Origin: Bacillota bacterium
GTDB taxonomy: Bacteria; Bacillota; Dethiobacteria; DTU022; UBA8154
Length of the DNA: 63,468 nt
Reading direction: 5' to 3'
Assembly (NCBI GenBank): GCA_030656575.1
Contig: JAUSPO010000190.1
Span: 1 to 63,468, forward strand
Part shown: in pieces, positions 52,686 to 61,717 of the stretch
Position numbering within the stretch: the stretch's first letter is position 1
How the letters are laid out: the number at the start of each line of letters is the position of its first letter
Position numbers and translations under genes: made by a program
Notes under the pieces: generated by a model
What the model was told of the DNA's origin: nothing
Seen by the model: the letters and a program-made list of their open reading frames with translations, nothing else
Database searches by the model: none

Positions 52686-54017
52686 TCAATCGGGCGACGG
52701 TTTCCTGACAATGAGAGTGAGTCCGTCCTGTTTAAGAACATCCACCTCTGATCCTTCCAAAACTGTGGAACCATCATAGCTGTAAGCTTTCCAGTACTCT
52801 CCACGCATTCTTACCGTGCCGTGGGGTGACAGTTCTTCAATAACAATCGCTTTTGCCGCATGGGCAAAAAAATCCCCGCTGCTTTTCCAAATACGCCTCG
52901 AACGGATCAGCACCATCACAATCAAAAAACTCAGGACGCTTACAGCAAGGGCCAACCCTATAGCCGTAGCCCTAAAACTGGAGTACCAGTCAGCTGCCAT
53001 GAGTGGTTCACTGGGCAGCAGGATTGCCCCGATCAAAAGACTCACGCCTCCTCCGATGCCGAGTATACCAAAACCGGCCGTAAAAATTTCCGTAACCAGA
53101 AGAGAAAAGCCGAGGACAATAAAGATAATCCCGGTTGTATTCGTATCAAAGAGACCCAGGCCGTAAATACCAAGCAATAGGGCAATACCCCCGAGAGTTT
53201 CAGGAACAATAGTTCCAGGCATTCCCAGTCCAAAATACAGGCCCATTCCTCCCACCATAAGAAGGAGAAAAGCTATCTGGGGGTCACTCACTTTATCCTG
53301 CAGCCTTTCCTGCAAAATCATTTCTTTTTCAACGAGACGTGCCCCTGCTGTATTTAATGTAAAGGGCCTGCCCCCTTTTTCTCCCTCCCAGCCGTCCAGC
53401 TTTTCCAGTAAAACCGTGACGTTATCAGCTGTAAAATCAATGATGCCCTGCTCCTCCGCTTCAAAAGAGTCCAGTGTGAGATTTTCAGTAACAAACCTCT
53501 CTGCTATATCTCCAGGGCGTCCTTTTTGGCGGGCCAGGCTTCTCATATGACCGGCCAAAAAATTAATTGTTTTTTCTTCCGCCTGTTCTGCCCCCCCTGG
53601 AGAAAGGGCCACAGGCATAGCCGCCCCCACAGTAGTGCCGGGAGCCATTGCGGCAATATCAGAGCTCACAAGGATAAAAGCGCCCGCAGAAGCAGCAATG
53701 GCTCCAGATGGATGCACAAAAACAATCACAGGAACCGGCACAGTCCCAAAAGCTCTGTTTAAATCCAACGTGGCATCTACCAGCCCTCCCGGTGTATCCA
53801 TCAGGATCAGGACTGCCTGCACATTGTTGGGGTCCAGTTCATCCAGTTGGCGCTGGATAAAAGCTGCCTGGCCGCTTGTAATAACACCCCTCAGCTCAAG
53901 GAGGATTATATCGGCAGGAGCTGTCTCGTCCTGGGCCGCGGCAGGAACTAAAAATAGCAAGCTGACTAAGAATGTCAACAAAATTAGTAAATAGTTTCGG
54001 TTCCACAGTTTATACAA
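52686..54017 (-). CDS. NfeD-family membrane-bound ClpP-class serine protease
   Basis: 443 aa. Signal peptide, a ClpP-like domain (...DTPGGLVDA...PSGAIAASAGAFI...), a multi-TM region and a C-terminal OB domain (GTVRMRGEYWKAYS). Operon partner of the SPFH gene. Confidence 0.85.
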   Translation of the reverse strand: MYKLWNRNYLLILLTFLVSLLFLVPAAAQDETAPADIILLELRGVITSGQAAFIQRQLDELDPNNVQAVLILMDTPGGLVDATLDLNRAFGTVPVPVIVFVHPSGAIAASAGAFILVSSDIAAMAPGTTVGAAMPVALSPGGAEQAEEKTINFLAGHMRSLARQKGRPGDIAERFVTENLTLDSFEAEEQGIIDFTADNVTVLLEKLDGWEGEKGGRPFTLNTAGARLVEKEMILQERLQDKVSDPQIAFLLLMVGGMGLYFGLGMPGTIVPETLGGIALLLGIYGLGLFDTNTTGIIFIVLGFSLLVTEIFTAGFGILGIGGGVSLLIGAILLPSEPLMAADWYSSFRATAIGLALAVSVLSFLIVMVLIRSRRIWKSSGDFFAHAAKAIVIEELSPHGTVRMRGEYWKAYSYDGSTVLEGSEVDVLKQDGLTLIVRKPSPD

Positions 54018-54043
54018 GATTCAGACCTCCTCCAAACAAATTT

Positions 54044-54541
54044 TTAATGAAGGGGTTTATCCTCATCCTCTATGCCAAAAAGAAATTCTACGTTTTCTTT
54101 GATTACTTCTTCAAACGGCAGCGTATGCTGGGCAACCTTGTCAGTAATATACAAAGGCGATCCGCTGGCCAGAGCAAGAGCCACTCCGTCACTGGGGCGG
54201 GAATCCAAGACAAATTCCTTACCATCTTTCTCCAAAAATATCTGGGCATAATATGTTCCGTCCCGGATATCATTGACCACTATCTGCAGGATAGAAGCAC
54301 CAAGTTTAGTACAAATAGTTACTACCAGATCATGAGTGAGGGGACGTGGAAGGATATACCCATCGAGTTTCAGTGAAATAGCCTGCGCTTCACTTATACC
54401 AATCCCGATAGGAAGCACCATCGTTTCATCCTGATCAATCAAGAGGAGAAGAGGGTTTTGTGACGGATCCAATCCTACACCTTTCACTTTTACAGAGATC
54501 ATTTCTTTATCGCCCGGATAGAGAAACATACCGGGCCGCAC
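54044..54541 (-). CDS. Bifunctional nuclease family (DUF151) protein
   Basis: ...VKGVGLDPSQNPLLLLIDQDETMVLPIGIGISEAQAISLKLDGYILPRPLTHDL...YYAQIFLEKDGKEFVLDSRPSDGVALA.... Start ambiguous. Confidence 0.75.
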   Translation of the reverse strand: MRPGMFLYPGDKEMISVKVKGVGLDPSQNPLLLLIDQDETMVLPIGIGISEAQAISLKLDGYILPRPLTHDLVVTICTKLGASILQIVVNDIRDGTYYAQIFLEKDGKEFVLDSRPSDGVALALASGSPLYITDKVAQHTLPFEEVIKENVEFLFGIEDEDKPLH

Positions 54542-54609
54542 CTCCTTTCCCTTTACAAATTATACCACAGGATGAATTATAATAAAAGAACCAGCTGCTT
54601 GATACTTGC

Positions 54610-55719
54610 TTATTTAGGTGAAGCGAGAGAAAGTATTTTTAAAGCGGCTTCTTCCACTTCTTTTCTCTGCTCATTTATTTTTTCCTGTAAGTTAGCCATC
54701 CATTCTTCTTTCCGGAGAAGAGCTGTTTCAAGGCTGGCAAGAAAATCTTCAAAGCTAAGATTTTCAAGTGAAAGTTCCGCTGCCACGCCAATTTTACCCA
54801 AAAATGCATTAATCTTGGGATCATAGGGGAGGGCAACAAAAGGAACTCCACAGATTGCAGCAAAGATCAAGGCATGCAGACGCATTCCAATTAGCAGATC
54901 CAATCCTCCCATAAGCTTCAATGTATCCCTTGAAGAAAGACCCCGTTCGATGATAATGGAACGTGAAGACGTCCGGGATGCCAATTCCCTGGCCAACGGC
55001 AGATCCTTCTGGAGATGGTAAGGCAGGAAAACCAGGCGGGCTCCATATTTACTCTCTAAATAGCTGCAGCCCCTGCTCACAATTTCCATCAGCCTTTCAT
55101 CAAAGATGGTTTCACCGGGGTAAGGCCTCAATGCAACGCCAACGAGCAGCTCTTTCTCAGACTTTTCTACTCCGTGGGCACGCCAGAATTCATTAATTCC
55201 ATCAGAGGATTCAGGCTCCAGGGATAAAACGGGGTCTGCAGTAACAACTACATCCCTAACTACTCCAAGCTTCGCCAGAAACTGGGCAGAAGCAAGGTCT
55301 CTGACGCTCACCCAGTCCACCCTGGAAAGAACCTTTTTCATCCAGAAACGGCTCCACCTATGATGCACCGGTCCCATGCCCTGCGCATAAACAGCAACCG
55401 GTGTGCCAATAAGCATAGCCAGCTCCATAATCCCCAGGTAATAGGGTATTGAGCGGGGCCCAGTTACATCCTGCAGCAGACCTCCGCCCCCGCTGATGAG
55501 CAGGTCGGCCTCTCTAAGCACACGTATAATGGACTGCAGGTGAGTGCGGGAAACCGCTTCCACTCCATAGGTTTGACGGGTATGAAGAGGATCGGCAGAA
55601 AGAACAACTATCCTCACATCCGCCTGGTGACGGCGCAAAACAGTAATAACCGCTTCCAGAATAGCTTCATCCCCGATATTATGAAAACCATAGTACCCCG
55701 AAAGGGCAATACAAGTCAA
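54610..55719 (-). CDS. csaB: Polysaccharide pyruvyl transferase CsaB
   Basis: 369 aa. ...GYYGFHNIGDEAILEAV...LISGGGGLLQDVTG...MRLHALIFAA.... Confidence 0.8.
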   Translation of the reverse strand: MTCIALSGYYGFHNIGDEAILEAVITVLRRHQADVRIVVLSADPLHTRQTYGVEAVSRTHLQSIIRVLREADLLISGGGGLLQDVTGPRSIPYYLGIMELAMLIGTPVAVYAQGMGPVHHRWSRFWMKKVLSRVDWVSVRDLASAQFLAKLGVVRDVVVTADPVLSLEPESSDGINEFWRAHGVEKSEKELLVGVALRPYPGETIFDERLMEIVSRGCSYLESKYGARLVFLPYHLQKDLPLARELASRTSSRSIIIERGLSSRDTLKLMGGLDLLIGMRLHALIFAAICGVPFVALPYDPKINAFLGKIGVAAELSLENLSFEDFLASLETALLRKEEWMANLQEKINEQRKEVEEAALKILSLASPK

Positions 55720-55824
55720 GAGTTTCTCCCCTTCCCCACACCTTTTAATTTAGGTATTCAGACGAATATCCCAGGCGGGCGGATATGGAATCCGCCCCTA
55801 CATATATTTAGAATATTTTTCCCT

Positions 55825-56397
55825 TTATTGTATTTTATAGCCGCCCCGTACCAGGAAAATTGTATCTGATGATGTTACAACGCCCCGCCCATCATCACGG
55901 GGAGAGAGGAAAAGATTGTCTCTGGGAATAGTCTCCCCTGATGAAAAGTTACGCCCCGTAGTAAGATTAGAAAGTCCGCCTCCGGTGCCTTCCAGTGCTT
56001 TTGCATTACCGCTGCGCAGAATAAATTCTGTCCCGGAACCGGTAAGTAATTTTTTCCCTGAGCTGACCAAAACAACTTCAAAAGTGGGAGCCTGAGGTGT
56101 TATGTAAACGGGCTGCCCGGGAGAAGGCCTTTCCACACCGCCGCCTTCCAACTGCCTCATACGGTCTTCAAGTATCTGACGCTCTTTTTGTTCAGCCTTC
56201 AGCGCCTGGGAGAATGCATTAAGCTTGGCTTCCACCCAACTGGCCGTAACCAGGGGGTCACCTTCCGAGCCTGGAACCAGAGATGAATTAGCTCCGGCAG
56301 CTTGTCCCAGTATAAAGCCCGCCAGAATAAAAACAACAGCCAGCGCTGCAGTCCGCCCCCATTTTCTTCTTATAAAGGTAAGTTTTTCTAGTAACAT
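55825..56397 (-). CDS. Hypothetical membrane-anchored protein
   Basis: About 190-aa ORF. ATG at 56397 follows GGAAGGAGG. It has one TM helix, a short coiled-coil and a beta-rich C-terminus. No family recognised. Confidence 0.5.
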   Translation of the reverse strand: MLLEKLTFIRRKWGRTAALAVVFILAGFILGQAAGANSSLVPGSEGDPLVTASWVEAKLNAFSQALKAEQKERQILEDRMRQLEGGGVERPSPGQPVYITPQAPTFEVVLVSSGKKLLTGSGTEFILRSGNAKALEGTGGGLSNLTTGRNFSSGETIPRDNLFLSPRDDGRGVVTSSDTIFLVRGGYKIQ

Positions 56398-56457
56398 TAT
56401 AAAAATGCCTCCTTCCATTATGGCTCTGAAACTGTTTTCACGCTTTTGTTCCCTCCA

Positions 56458-56672
56458 GGTGGTGATCGCTGTTGGCAGAGTCGACTTCGTTCAAGTAGGC
56501 CGTAAGCTCTCGGAGAAGCGCAGGCACGAAAGCAACTCTGCTGACAGGAAGTCAGCAGACCCGTGGACGACCTGGATGGGAGTTCCCACGGGGAAGTTGC
56601 CGTAGTGTCGGAGCTGAGCCGTTAAGAGCCAGACACTTGAACTTGGAGTCTATGCCTCAGCGAGTCACCACC
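56458..56672 (-). mobile_element. MITE-like element B (about 215 bp), inverted relative to element A
   Basis: GGTGGTGATCGCTG (56458-56471) pairs with TCAGCGAGTCACCACC (56657-56672). Segment 56596-56672 aligns with the reverse complement of 50986-51060 with scattered mismatches. Confidence 0.6.
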
Positions 56673-56679
56673 CCTATCG

Positions 56680-57804
56680 CTAGACATATCTTCCTTTGTA
56701 TTCGGTTAAAAATTGGGCAATATCCTTGCCCTCATCCCTGAGGCGCTTTCTTACGCCCTCTACCTGGTTAAAAAGCCCCATATCATTCATATCCCTCAGA
56801 TAACGATAAATACCCATCCTTCTACCCAGGGAGAAGTTTGCCCTTTTCTCCTCTGTCATGGAGAGGTAACTATCCATGACCCCCAGCATGAATGGTTTAT
56901 CATGGGCAAGAGACCCTTGCACTTCTTCTAAGAGGTTAAGCATATGATCGCTGACAACATAACTGCTGCCGCTTAAATTCTCAAAGAGGAGCTTTTCCTC
57001 CAGGGCAAGACCATCATCATCGAGAGGTTCAAATTCTCCAGCCTGATATTGTTCATAAAGAGGAATTCCTTCCCTGATAGCCAGTGTACGGATCCTAATA
57101 TAATGGGGATCTATTCTGCTAAGGACTTTTGCAGTATCCAGTGCGTGCCCCTTCCACATGGCACGTCCGCCCAACCCCAGCAGCACATACTCACTGAGGC
57201 TTAAGCCGGCTTCCTTTATTTTTAAACCCCCCTCAACGTGTTCTTCTGCTGTAACGCCCTTATCCATATACTTCAGAAGAGGATCATGTCCTGATTCCAG
57301 TCCGATATGAACCCTGGTGAGCCCTGCATCTTTTAACATTTTCAGTTCAGAAACACTCCGCCTGCAGGCCGTTTTGGAACGGGCATAGGTCGTGATGCGC
57401 TCCACCGTGGGAAACTGCTCCCTGAGAAAAGTTAGCACCTCTGCCAGCTTTTCGGCGGGCATATTGAGATTATCGCCATCCTGCAGAAAAACATTCTTCC
57501 CGCCCCGGAAAAGCCAAAGAGCGATCTGGAGTAGTTCAGGCTCCTGTCTGTAAATAAGCTCCAGGGCCTCCCTGGGAAAGCCATCGGCTCCATTGAACTT
57601 CGAAAGATATGACTTTACCTTATCAACCTCTTTTTTCATTTCCAGGATATCTGCTTTGATCTCATCAACTGGCCGCCTGCTAAACTTTTTCCTCTTGTAT
57701 GCAGGACAAAAAAGACATTTATTCCAGGGGCAGTTTCGTGTAACCCGGACAAAAAGACTTTCTGCCTCGCTGGGAGGACGAATAGGCCCTTGTTCATAAG
57801 ACAT
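56680..57804 (-). CDS. Radical SAM domain protein (function unknown)
   Basis: 374 aa with Cys cluster RNCPWNKCLFCPAY near the N-terminus and a TIM-barrel-like ...RVHIGLESGHDPLL... motif. Confidence 0.75.
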   Translation of the reverse strand: MSYEQGPIRPPSEAESLFVRVTRNCPWNKCLFCPAYKRKKFSRRPVDEIKADILEMKKEVDKVKSYLSKFNGADGFPREALELIYRQEPELLQIALWLFRGGKNVFLQDGDNLNMPAEKLAEVLTFLREQFPTVERITTYARSKTACRRSVSELKMLKDAGLTRVHIGLESGHDPLLKYMDKGVTAEEHVEGGLKIKEAGLSLSEYVLLGLGGRAMWKGHALDTAKVLSRIDPHYIRIRTLAIREGIPLYEQYQAGEFEPLDDDGLALEEKLLFENLSGSSYVVSDHMLNLLEEVQGSLAHDKPFMLGVMDSYLSMTEEKRANFSLGRRMGIYRYLRDMNDMGLFNQVEGVRKRLRDEGKDIAQFLTEYKGRYV

Positions 57805-57907
57805 TAAGTTCTCACCACCCTTTCAAAATAAGGAAGGATTTGCAAAACAATTACCTGTCATGTATAATCAGACTACTCAATCAAGTTTCGCCGGAAGGAG
57901 TTTTTTT

Positions 57908-58555
57908 ATGGACGACCAACGCTATCACAAGCTGCGCGGGCAGATGATCATAAAGCAGCTAATACCCCGCGGCATTAATGACGAGAGAGTCCTCGAAGCT
58001 TTTCGCAAGGTACCCCGTCACCTGTTCGTTGACTCCCGCCATCAGGCAAAAGCTTATGGGGATTACCCATTATCCATTGGGCTCGATCAAACTATCTCCC
58101 AGCCTTATATTGTGGCCCTCATGACCCAGTCCCTGGAACTGAAAGGCCACGAAAAAATCCTGGAAATAGGAACCGGTTCCGGATACCAGACCGCCATCCT
58201 GTCCGAACTGGTTGAGCATGTCTACACCATGGAACGACTGCCTTCCCTTTCTGAAAAAGCAGCCCAAACCCTTCAGGAACTGGGTTATCAAAATATTAGC
58301 TTCCGCAGCGGTGACGGAACCGGGGGATGGCCTGACGAGGCGCCCTTTAACGGCATCCTTGTTGCCGCAGCGGCAGCAAAAATTCCTCAAACCCTGCTGG
58401 ATCAACTTGCCTCAGGCGGCCGTATGGTTATTCCTGTTGGAAGTCCTCTGTTTCAGAAGCTGACCCTCGTCATTAAAGACGAAACTGATTTGAAAGAGCA
58501 GAACATCTGCGGGTGCCGTTTCGTCCCCCTTATCGGATCTGAAAACACTGATTAG
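57908..58555 (+). CDS. pcm: Protein-L-isoaspartate O-methyltransferase
   Basis: ...VPRHLFV...AYGDYPLSIGLDQTISQPYIVALMT...LEIGTGSGYQTAIL.... ATG at 57908 after GGAAGGAG. Confidence 0.9.
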   Translation: MDDQRYHKLRGQMIIKQLIPRGINDERVLEAFRKVPRHLFVDSRHQAKAYGDYPLSIGLDQTISQPYIVALMTQSLELKGHEKILEIGTGSGYQTAILSELVEHVYTMERLPSLSEKAAQTLQELGYQNISFRSGDGTGGWPDEAPFNGILVAAAAAKIPQTLLDQLASGGRMVIPVGSPLFQKLTLVIKDETDLKEQNICGCRFVPLIGSENTD

Positions 58556-59292
58556 ATCTCCATAAGTTGGATCTCACCCCAGGCAGCAAGCTTCTCTCCC
58601 AGGATTACAAGGGCTCCTTTAACTCCTGGTATTCTCTTTGCAAACTCAATGGCTTCATGCAGATCTGACTGAGAATGGACCTTATTGGCGGCGGCTGTAG
58701 CCACAGCATCGGCTAAAATAGCGCTTGGAGCCAAAATAACCACTGCATCTGCTTTGCCCTGGCTGTAAGAAGGACCGACAGACCCCGAGGATGTGCAGAT
58801 CCCGCTGAAACTACCAGAGGGCTCTATTCTAAGTGCCAGTTTTTGGCTAAACGAGGATTCCCCGGCAAATACCCCTACCTTAAGAGGCTCGTCACAGCGC
58901 AGGAAAATATCACCGCCATTTTCCACTATTACCTGGGAAGAAAATTTCAACAACCATCTACCCACATACTCAGCAAAGGCTCCGGCAACAGCAGCCATAG
59001 GGCCCACTCCTGCCAGATTTCCTGCTCTCACCATATCCACAGCCATGGCAGGAGCCTCTTTGCTGACGAGATAAGGTTCCAACGTCCGCACAAAGAAAGG
59101 ATCCTTCTCCATATACTTCTCCAGAAGACGTCTTTCATTCCAAACATACTGTTCCACTTTTTCCGGCAAACCGGGGACCATGGCATTACTGTCTACCGTT
59201 ATCCATAAATCTGTTTCTTTCACTGTAATGGTAAACGAATCCATCCCTTTCGGTGATAACTGCTGCCGGTAACTTCTTCTGGAGTAATGCAC
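58552..59292 (-). CDS. UPF0280/COG2122 ApbE-like protein
   Basis: 246 aa. ...GVGPMAAVAGAFAEYVGR...ENGGDIFL...GICTSSGSVGPSYSQGKADAVVIL.... Abuts the NIL-ferredoxin gene. Confidence 0.65.
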   Translation of the reverse strand: MHYSRRSYRQQLSPKGMDSFTITVKETDLWITVDSNAMVPGLPEKVEQYVWNERRLLEKYMEKDPFFVRTLEPYLVSKEAPAMAVDMVRAGNLAGVGPMAAVAGAFAEYVGRWLLKFSSQVIVENGGDIFLRCDEPLKVGVFAGESSFSQKLALRIEPSGSFSGICTSSGSVGPSYSQGKADAVVILAPSAILADAVATAAANKVHSQSDLHEAIEFAKRIPGVKGALVILGEKLAAWGEIQLMEI

Positions 59293-59697
59293 TTAGTAAC
59301 GGGCCTCCATCGCCCTTGAAGGGCAGGCTTTGATGCAGTGTTCACAGACAATACACTTTTCCCCCAAAAACTTCACTTCCATTTCAGGGCGCTCCAGGAC
59401 AAGTGCACCGGCAGGGCAGATCACAACACAGGCCCCACAGTGGGTACAGCGATCTTCCTGCCAGACAATCTCCTGCTCCAGGGGAAATATCTTCACACCC
59501 CGCGATTGTAAATATTCCAGGCCGGCCAGGTAATCTTTCTTATCTCCACTGATCTCAACTACTGCACGGCCCTCTTTGCGAGGATTAATATTTGCCTTTA
59601 AAATATTAATCATAAGATTATAATCTTTGATTAAATAATAGGTAAAAGGCTGCTCTGTGGTAGTAGAAGGAAAATATAATACCATCTTCTGTTTCAA
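59293..59697 (-). CDS. NIL domain plus 2x[4Fe-4S] ferredoxin protein
   Basis: N-terminus ...YYLIKDYNLMINILKANI (NIL). C-terminus CTHCGACVVICP ... CIVCEHCIKACP. Confidence 0.8.
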   Translation of the reverse strand: MKQKMVLYFPSTTTEQPFTYYLIKDYNLMINILKANINPRKEGRAVVEISGDKKDYLAGLEYLQSRGVKIFPLEQEIVWQEDRCTHCGACVVICPAGALVLERPEMEVKFLGEKCIVCEHCIKACPSRAMEARY

Positions 59698-59716
59698 CTA
59701 ATACACCCCCCTCTAT

Positions 59717-60928
59717 TTAAATGGCTCCTTTATAATTGAATTTCTCGCTGGAAGCAGGAATAGTGAATACAGGCCTGGTCAGGAGAAATTCCCCCTCCTG
59801 AATCCATTCTTTTAATAATATGGCAATATCCCTGGCTCCACGATAACTGGAAAGAGGAGCAGTTGGAATAAGCCTGTCTCCCACACTGATCTCCCCGCTT
59901 TTGAGCTGGGCGTAACTTACCTGTCCGATTGTTTCTCCCAGACCCTGAGGGTAAGACTCGCTATAATCCACAACAGGGGCAAAGATTTCTTCATCGCTGA
60001 CAGCAGTGAACTTCAGGATTTCTTCATCGAGAATAGGAATGGGTATACCGACTCCCACCATCAAAGAAACGCCATAACCCATAAAACTTACTCCTCTGAG
60101 CCATTTGGAAGACATCTGCTTCATGTCTCCGATTACTGCCAGAGTACCTGCCGGAGTTAACGGAACACCATTTTCACCCCTTAAAGCATCGGGAGAATGC
60201 TGAGTTCCCTGCCAGCTCACATAGCCAACTCCCCCCCCAAGAAAAATCTTCGTTCCCATACCGATAGTTCTGTAAAGGGGATCGTTAAACAGCGGAGAAA
60301 GCTGTCCTGAAGTACTGTAGTTGGCATTTCCCATATTTGGTTTTAAAATACCCATGTAGGTATAAAGAGTCCGATCGGAAAGATTGACGGCAACATTGTA
60401 GTTTTGATAGGCGTTTCTCGGGTTATAAAGAGTCGCCTGGGGCAGGTCCTCGAGCCGTACCATCTTTTCCAGCTTCTTTTTTGGATAACAGTCCGTCCCA
60501 TACGCCGTGGCCTCCAGAAGAACTTCTTTTCCGGCGACTAAGTCTTCCAGGACATGTCCACCACCATAATTGAATTCTCCTGGAAAGTTTTTATTGTCAG
60601 GGTCTGTTTCAGGGATCTGCGTTGCCCCAAGATATGCATCAACGGCTGCCAACCCGGCATAAGCTTCTACACCGTTTAGAAAGACACGGCTCATTTTCAT
60701 ACGCGGTTTAGAATGCCCCAGGCAAAAGAAAGCCCCCGAAGAGCACATGGGCCCGAAGGTTCCGGTTGTGACTACATCAACAGCAGCCGCAGTCTCCTCA
60801 ACTCCCTGCTCCCGGACCATGGAAATAACCTCTTCCGCAGTTACTACTACTGCTTCTCCTGCCCTGATTTTAGCATTTATTTCTTCGTAAGTTTTCTTAA
60901 TCAATAGGGGCACCTCCTTCAGGTTCAT
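59717..60928 (-). CDS. COG1900/DUF39 homocysteine-biosynthesis-type protein
   Basis: 403 aa. ...VDVVTTGTFGPMCSSGAFF...NGVEAYAGLAAVD...GGGHV... is the remembered DUF39 pattern. No CBS domains. Confidence 0.7.
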   Translation of the reverse strand: MNLKEVPLLIKKTYEEINAKIRAGEAVVVTAEEVISMVREQGVEETAAAVDVVTTGTFGPMCSSGAFFCLGHSKPRMKMSRVFLNGVEAYAGLAAVDAYLGATQIPETDPDNKNFPGEFNYGGGHVLEDLVAGKEVLLEATAYGTDCYPKKKLEKMVRLEDLPQATLYNPRNAYQNYNVAVNLSDRTLYTYMGILKPNMGNANYSTSGQLSPLFNDPLYRTIGMGTKIFLGGGVGYVSWQGTQHSPDALRGENGVPLTPAGTLAVIGDMKQMSSKWLRGVSFMGYGVSLMVGVGIPIPILDEEILKFTAVSDEEIFAPVVDYSESYPQGLGETIGQVSYAQLKSGEISVGDRLIPTAPLSSYRGARDIAILLKEWIQEGEFLLTRPVFTIPASSEKFNYKGAI

Positions 60929-60967
60929 GCGTTAATCAATTACATAAAACTGCATACACTTAAGGAA

Positions 60968-60996
60968 ATAATACCGTTACTCCAGAAGAGTGTCAA
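60968..60996 (-). promoter_or_regulatory. Strong sigma-A-type promoter for the COG1900 operon
   Basis: Minus strand TTGACA (60991-60996), N17, TATTAT (60968-60973). The leader is only about 30 nt. Confidence 0.6.
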
Positions 60997-61093
60997 GGGA
61001 AGTGTGTTAAAAGGTCTTTATTTTTACCTTAATATATATAAAAAACAACAAATTACTGCATAATAAAAAAGCACTCTAAAAGGAGGGACCCTT

Positions 61094-61150
61094 GTGCCCT
61101 GGAATGTCTTCTCAGACACGGGGACGGTTCTTCTGTCTTTCCCTTCCTAA
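61094..61150 (+). other. 18-codon upstream mini-ORF created by duplication of the queT RBS and first codons around a GGGGACGGTTC element
   Basis: TAAAAGGAGGGACCCTTGTGCCCTGGAA (61077-61104) repeats as TAAAGGAGGGATTTTTGTGCCCTGGAA (61159-61185). The mini-ORF reads MPWNVFSDTGTVLLSFPS*. Confidence 0.5.
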
Positions 61151-61174
61151 AAATTAAGTAAAGGAGGGATTTTT

Positions 61175-61651
61175 GTGCCCTGGAAGAAAATTACCACTAT
61201 TAGTATTGCGCGCATAGGAATTATCGCCGCCCTTTATGCGGCCGTAACCTTTTTGTTATCTGCAATTAGCTTCGGCCCCCTGCAAGTACGCGCAGCCGAA
61301 GCTCTTACCCTTTTGCCCATTCTTTATCCTGAAGCCATACTCGGCCTCTTCCTGGGATGCCTTATTGCCAACCTGCTCGGCCCCTTTGGGGCAGTGGATA
61401 TCGTCTTTGGAAGCCTGACGACTCTTGCTGCAGCTATTGTCACATACCATTTCCGCCACAGCATCATCGCCTATCTAAGCCCTATTCTTCTTAATGCTTT
61501 TATTGTAAGCCTCTACCTCTATGCCTTTTTCCGCATTCCCTACTGGCCAACGGTACTCACAATCGGAATCGGGCAGAGTATTGCCGTGCTGGCCCTGGGC
61601 GTCCCCATTTTACGCCTGCTTAAAGCAAGGCAGGACCGCCTCGGAAATTAA
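61175..61651 (+). CDS. queT: QueT queuosine-precursor transporter (ECF S-component-like)
   Basis: 158 aa. ...IARIGIIAALYAAVTFLL...GPLQVRAAEALTLLP.... GTG start. Confidence 0.75.
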   Translation: MPWKKITTISIARIGIIAALYAAVTFLLSAISFGPLQVRAAEALTLLPILYPEAILGLFLGCLIANLLGPFGAVDIVFGSLTTLAAAIVTYHFRHSIIAYLSPILLNAFIVSLYLYAFFRIPYWPTVLTIGIGQSIAVLALGVPILRLLKARQDRLGN

Positions 61652-61693
61652 AACTGCCAGCCAGGATAGACTTTAGCCGGCAGTTCCTTTTGG
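61647..61693. terminator. Bidirectional terminator between convergent queT and the LysM gene
   Basis: AACTGCC...GGCAGTT stem, flanked by an A-run (left) and CCTTTTGG (right). Confidence 0.5.
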
Positions 61694-61717
61694 AAAATTC
61701 ATAACCACGGGACAAAC

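Noticed and set aside
50986-56672. Composite transposon formed by inverted elements A and B around the SPFH-NfeD-nuclease-csaB block.
   Set aside because: The cargo is ordinary housekeeping. There is no transposase and no flanking target duplication. The elements are only partly homologous.
60929-60996. SAM (S-box) riboswitch in front of the homocysteine-type operon.
   Set aside because: The candidate promoter leaves only a ~30-nt leader. No S-box-like conserved helices or motifs were visible.
61077-61174. preQ1 riboswitch upstream of queT.
   Set aside because: GGUUC and an A-rich tail are present, but I could not build the short P1 stem and loop of class I. The GGGGACGGTTC core is a dispersed repeat found at unrelated loci. 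An Infernal scan is needed to be sure.
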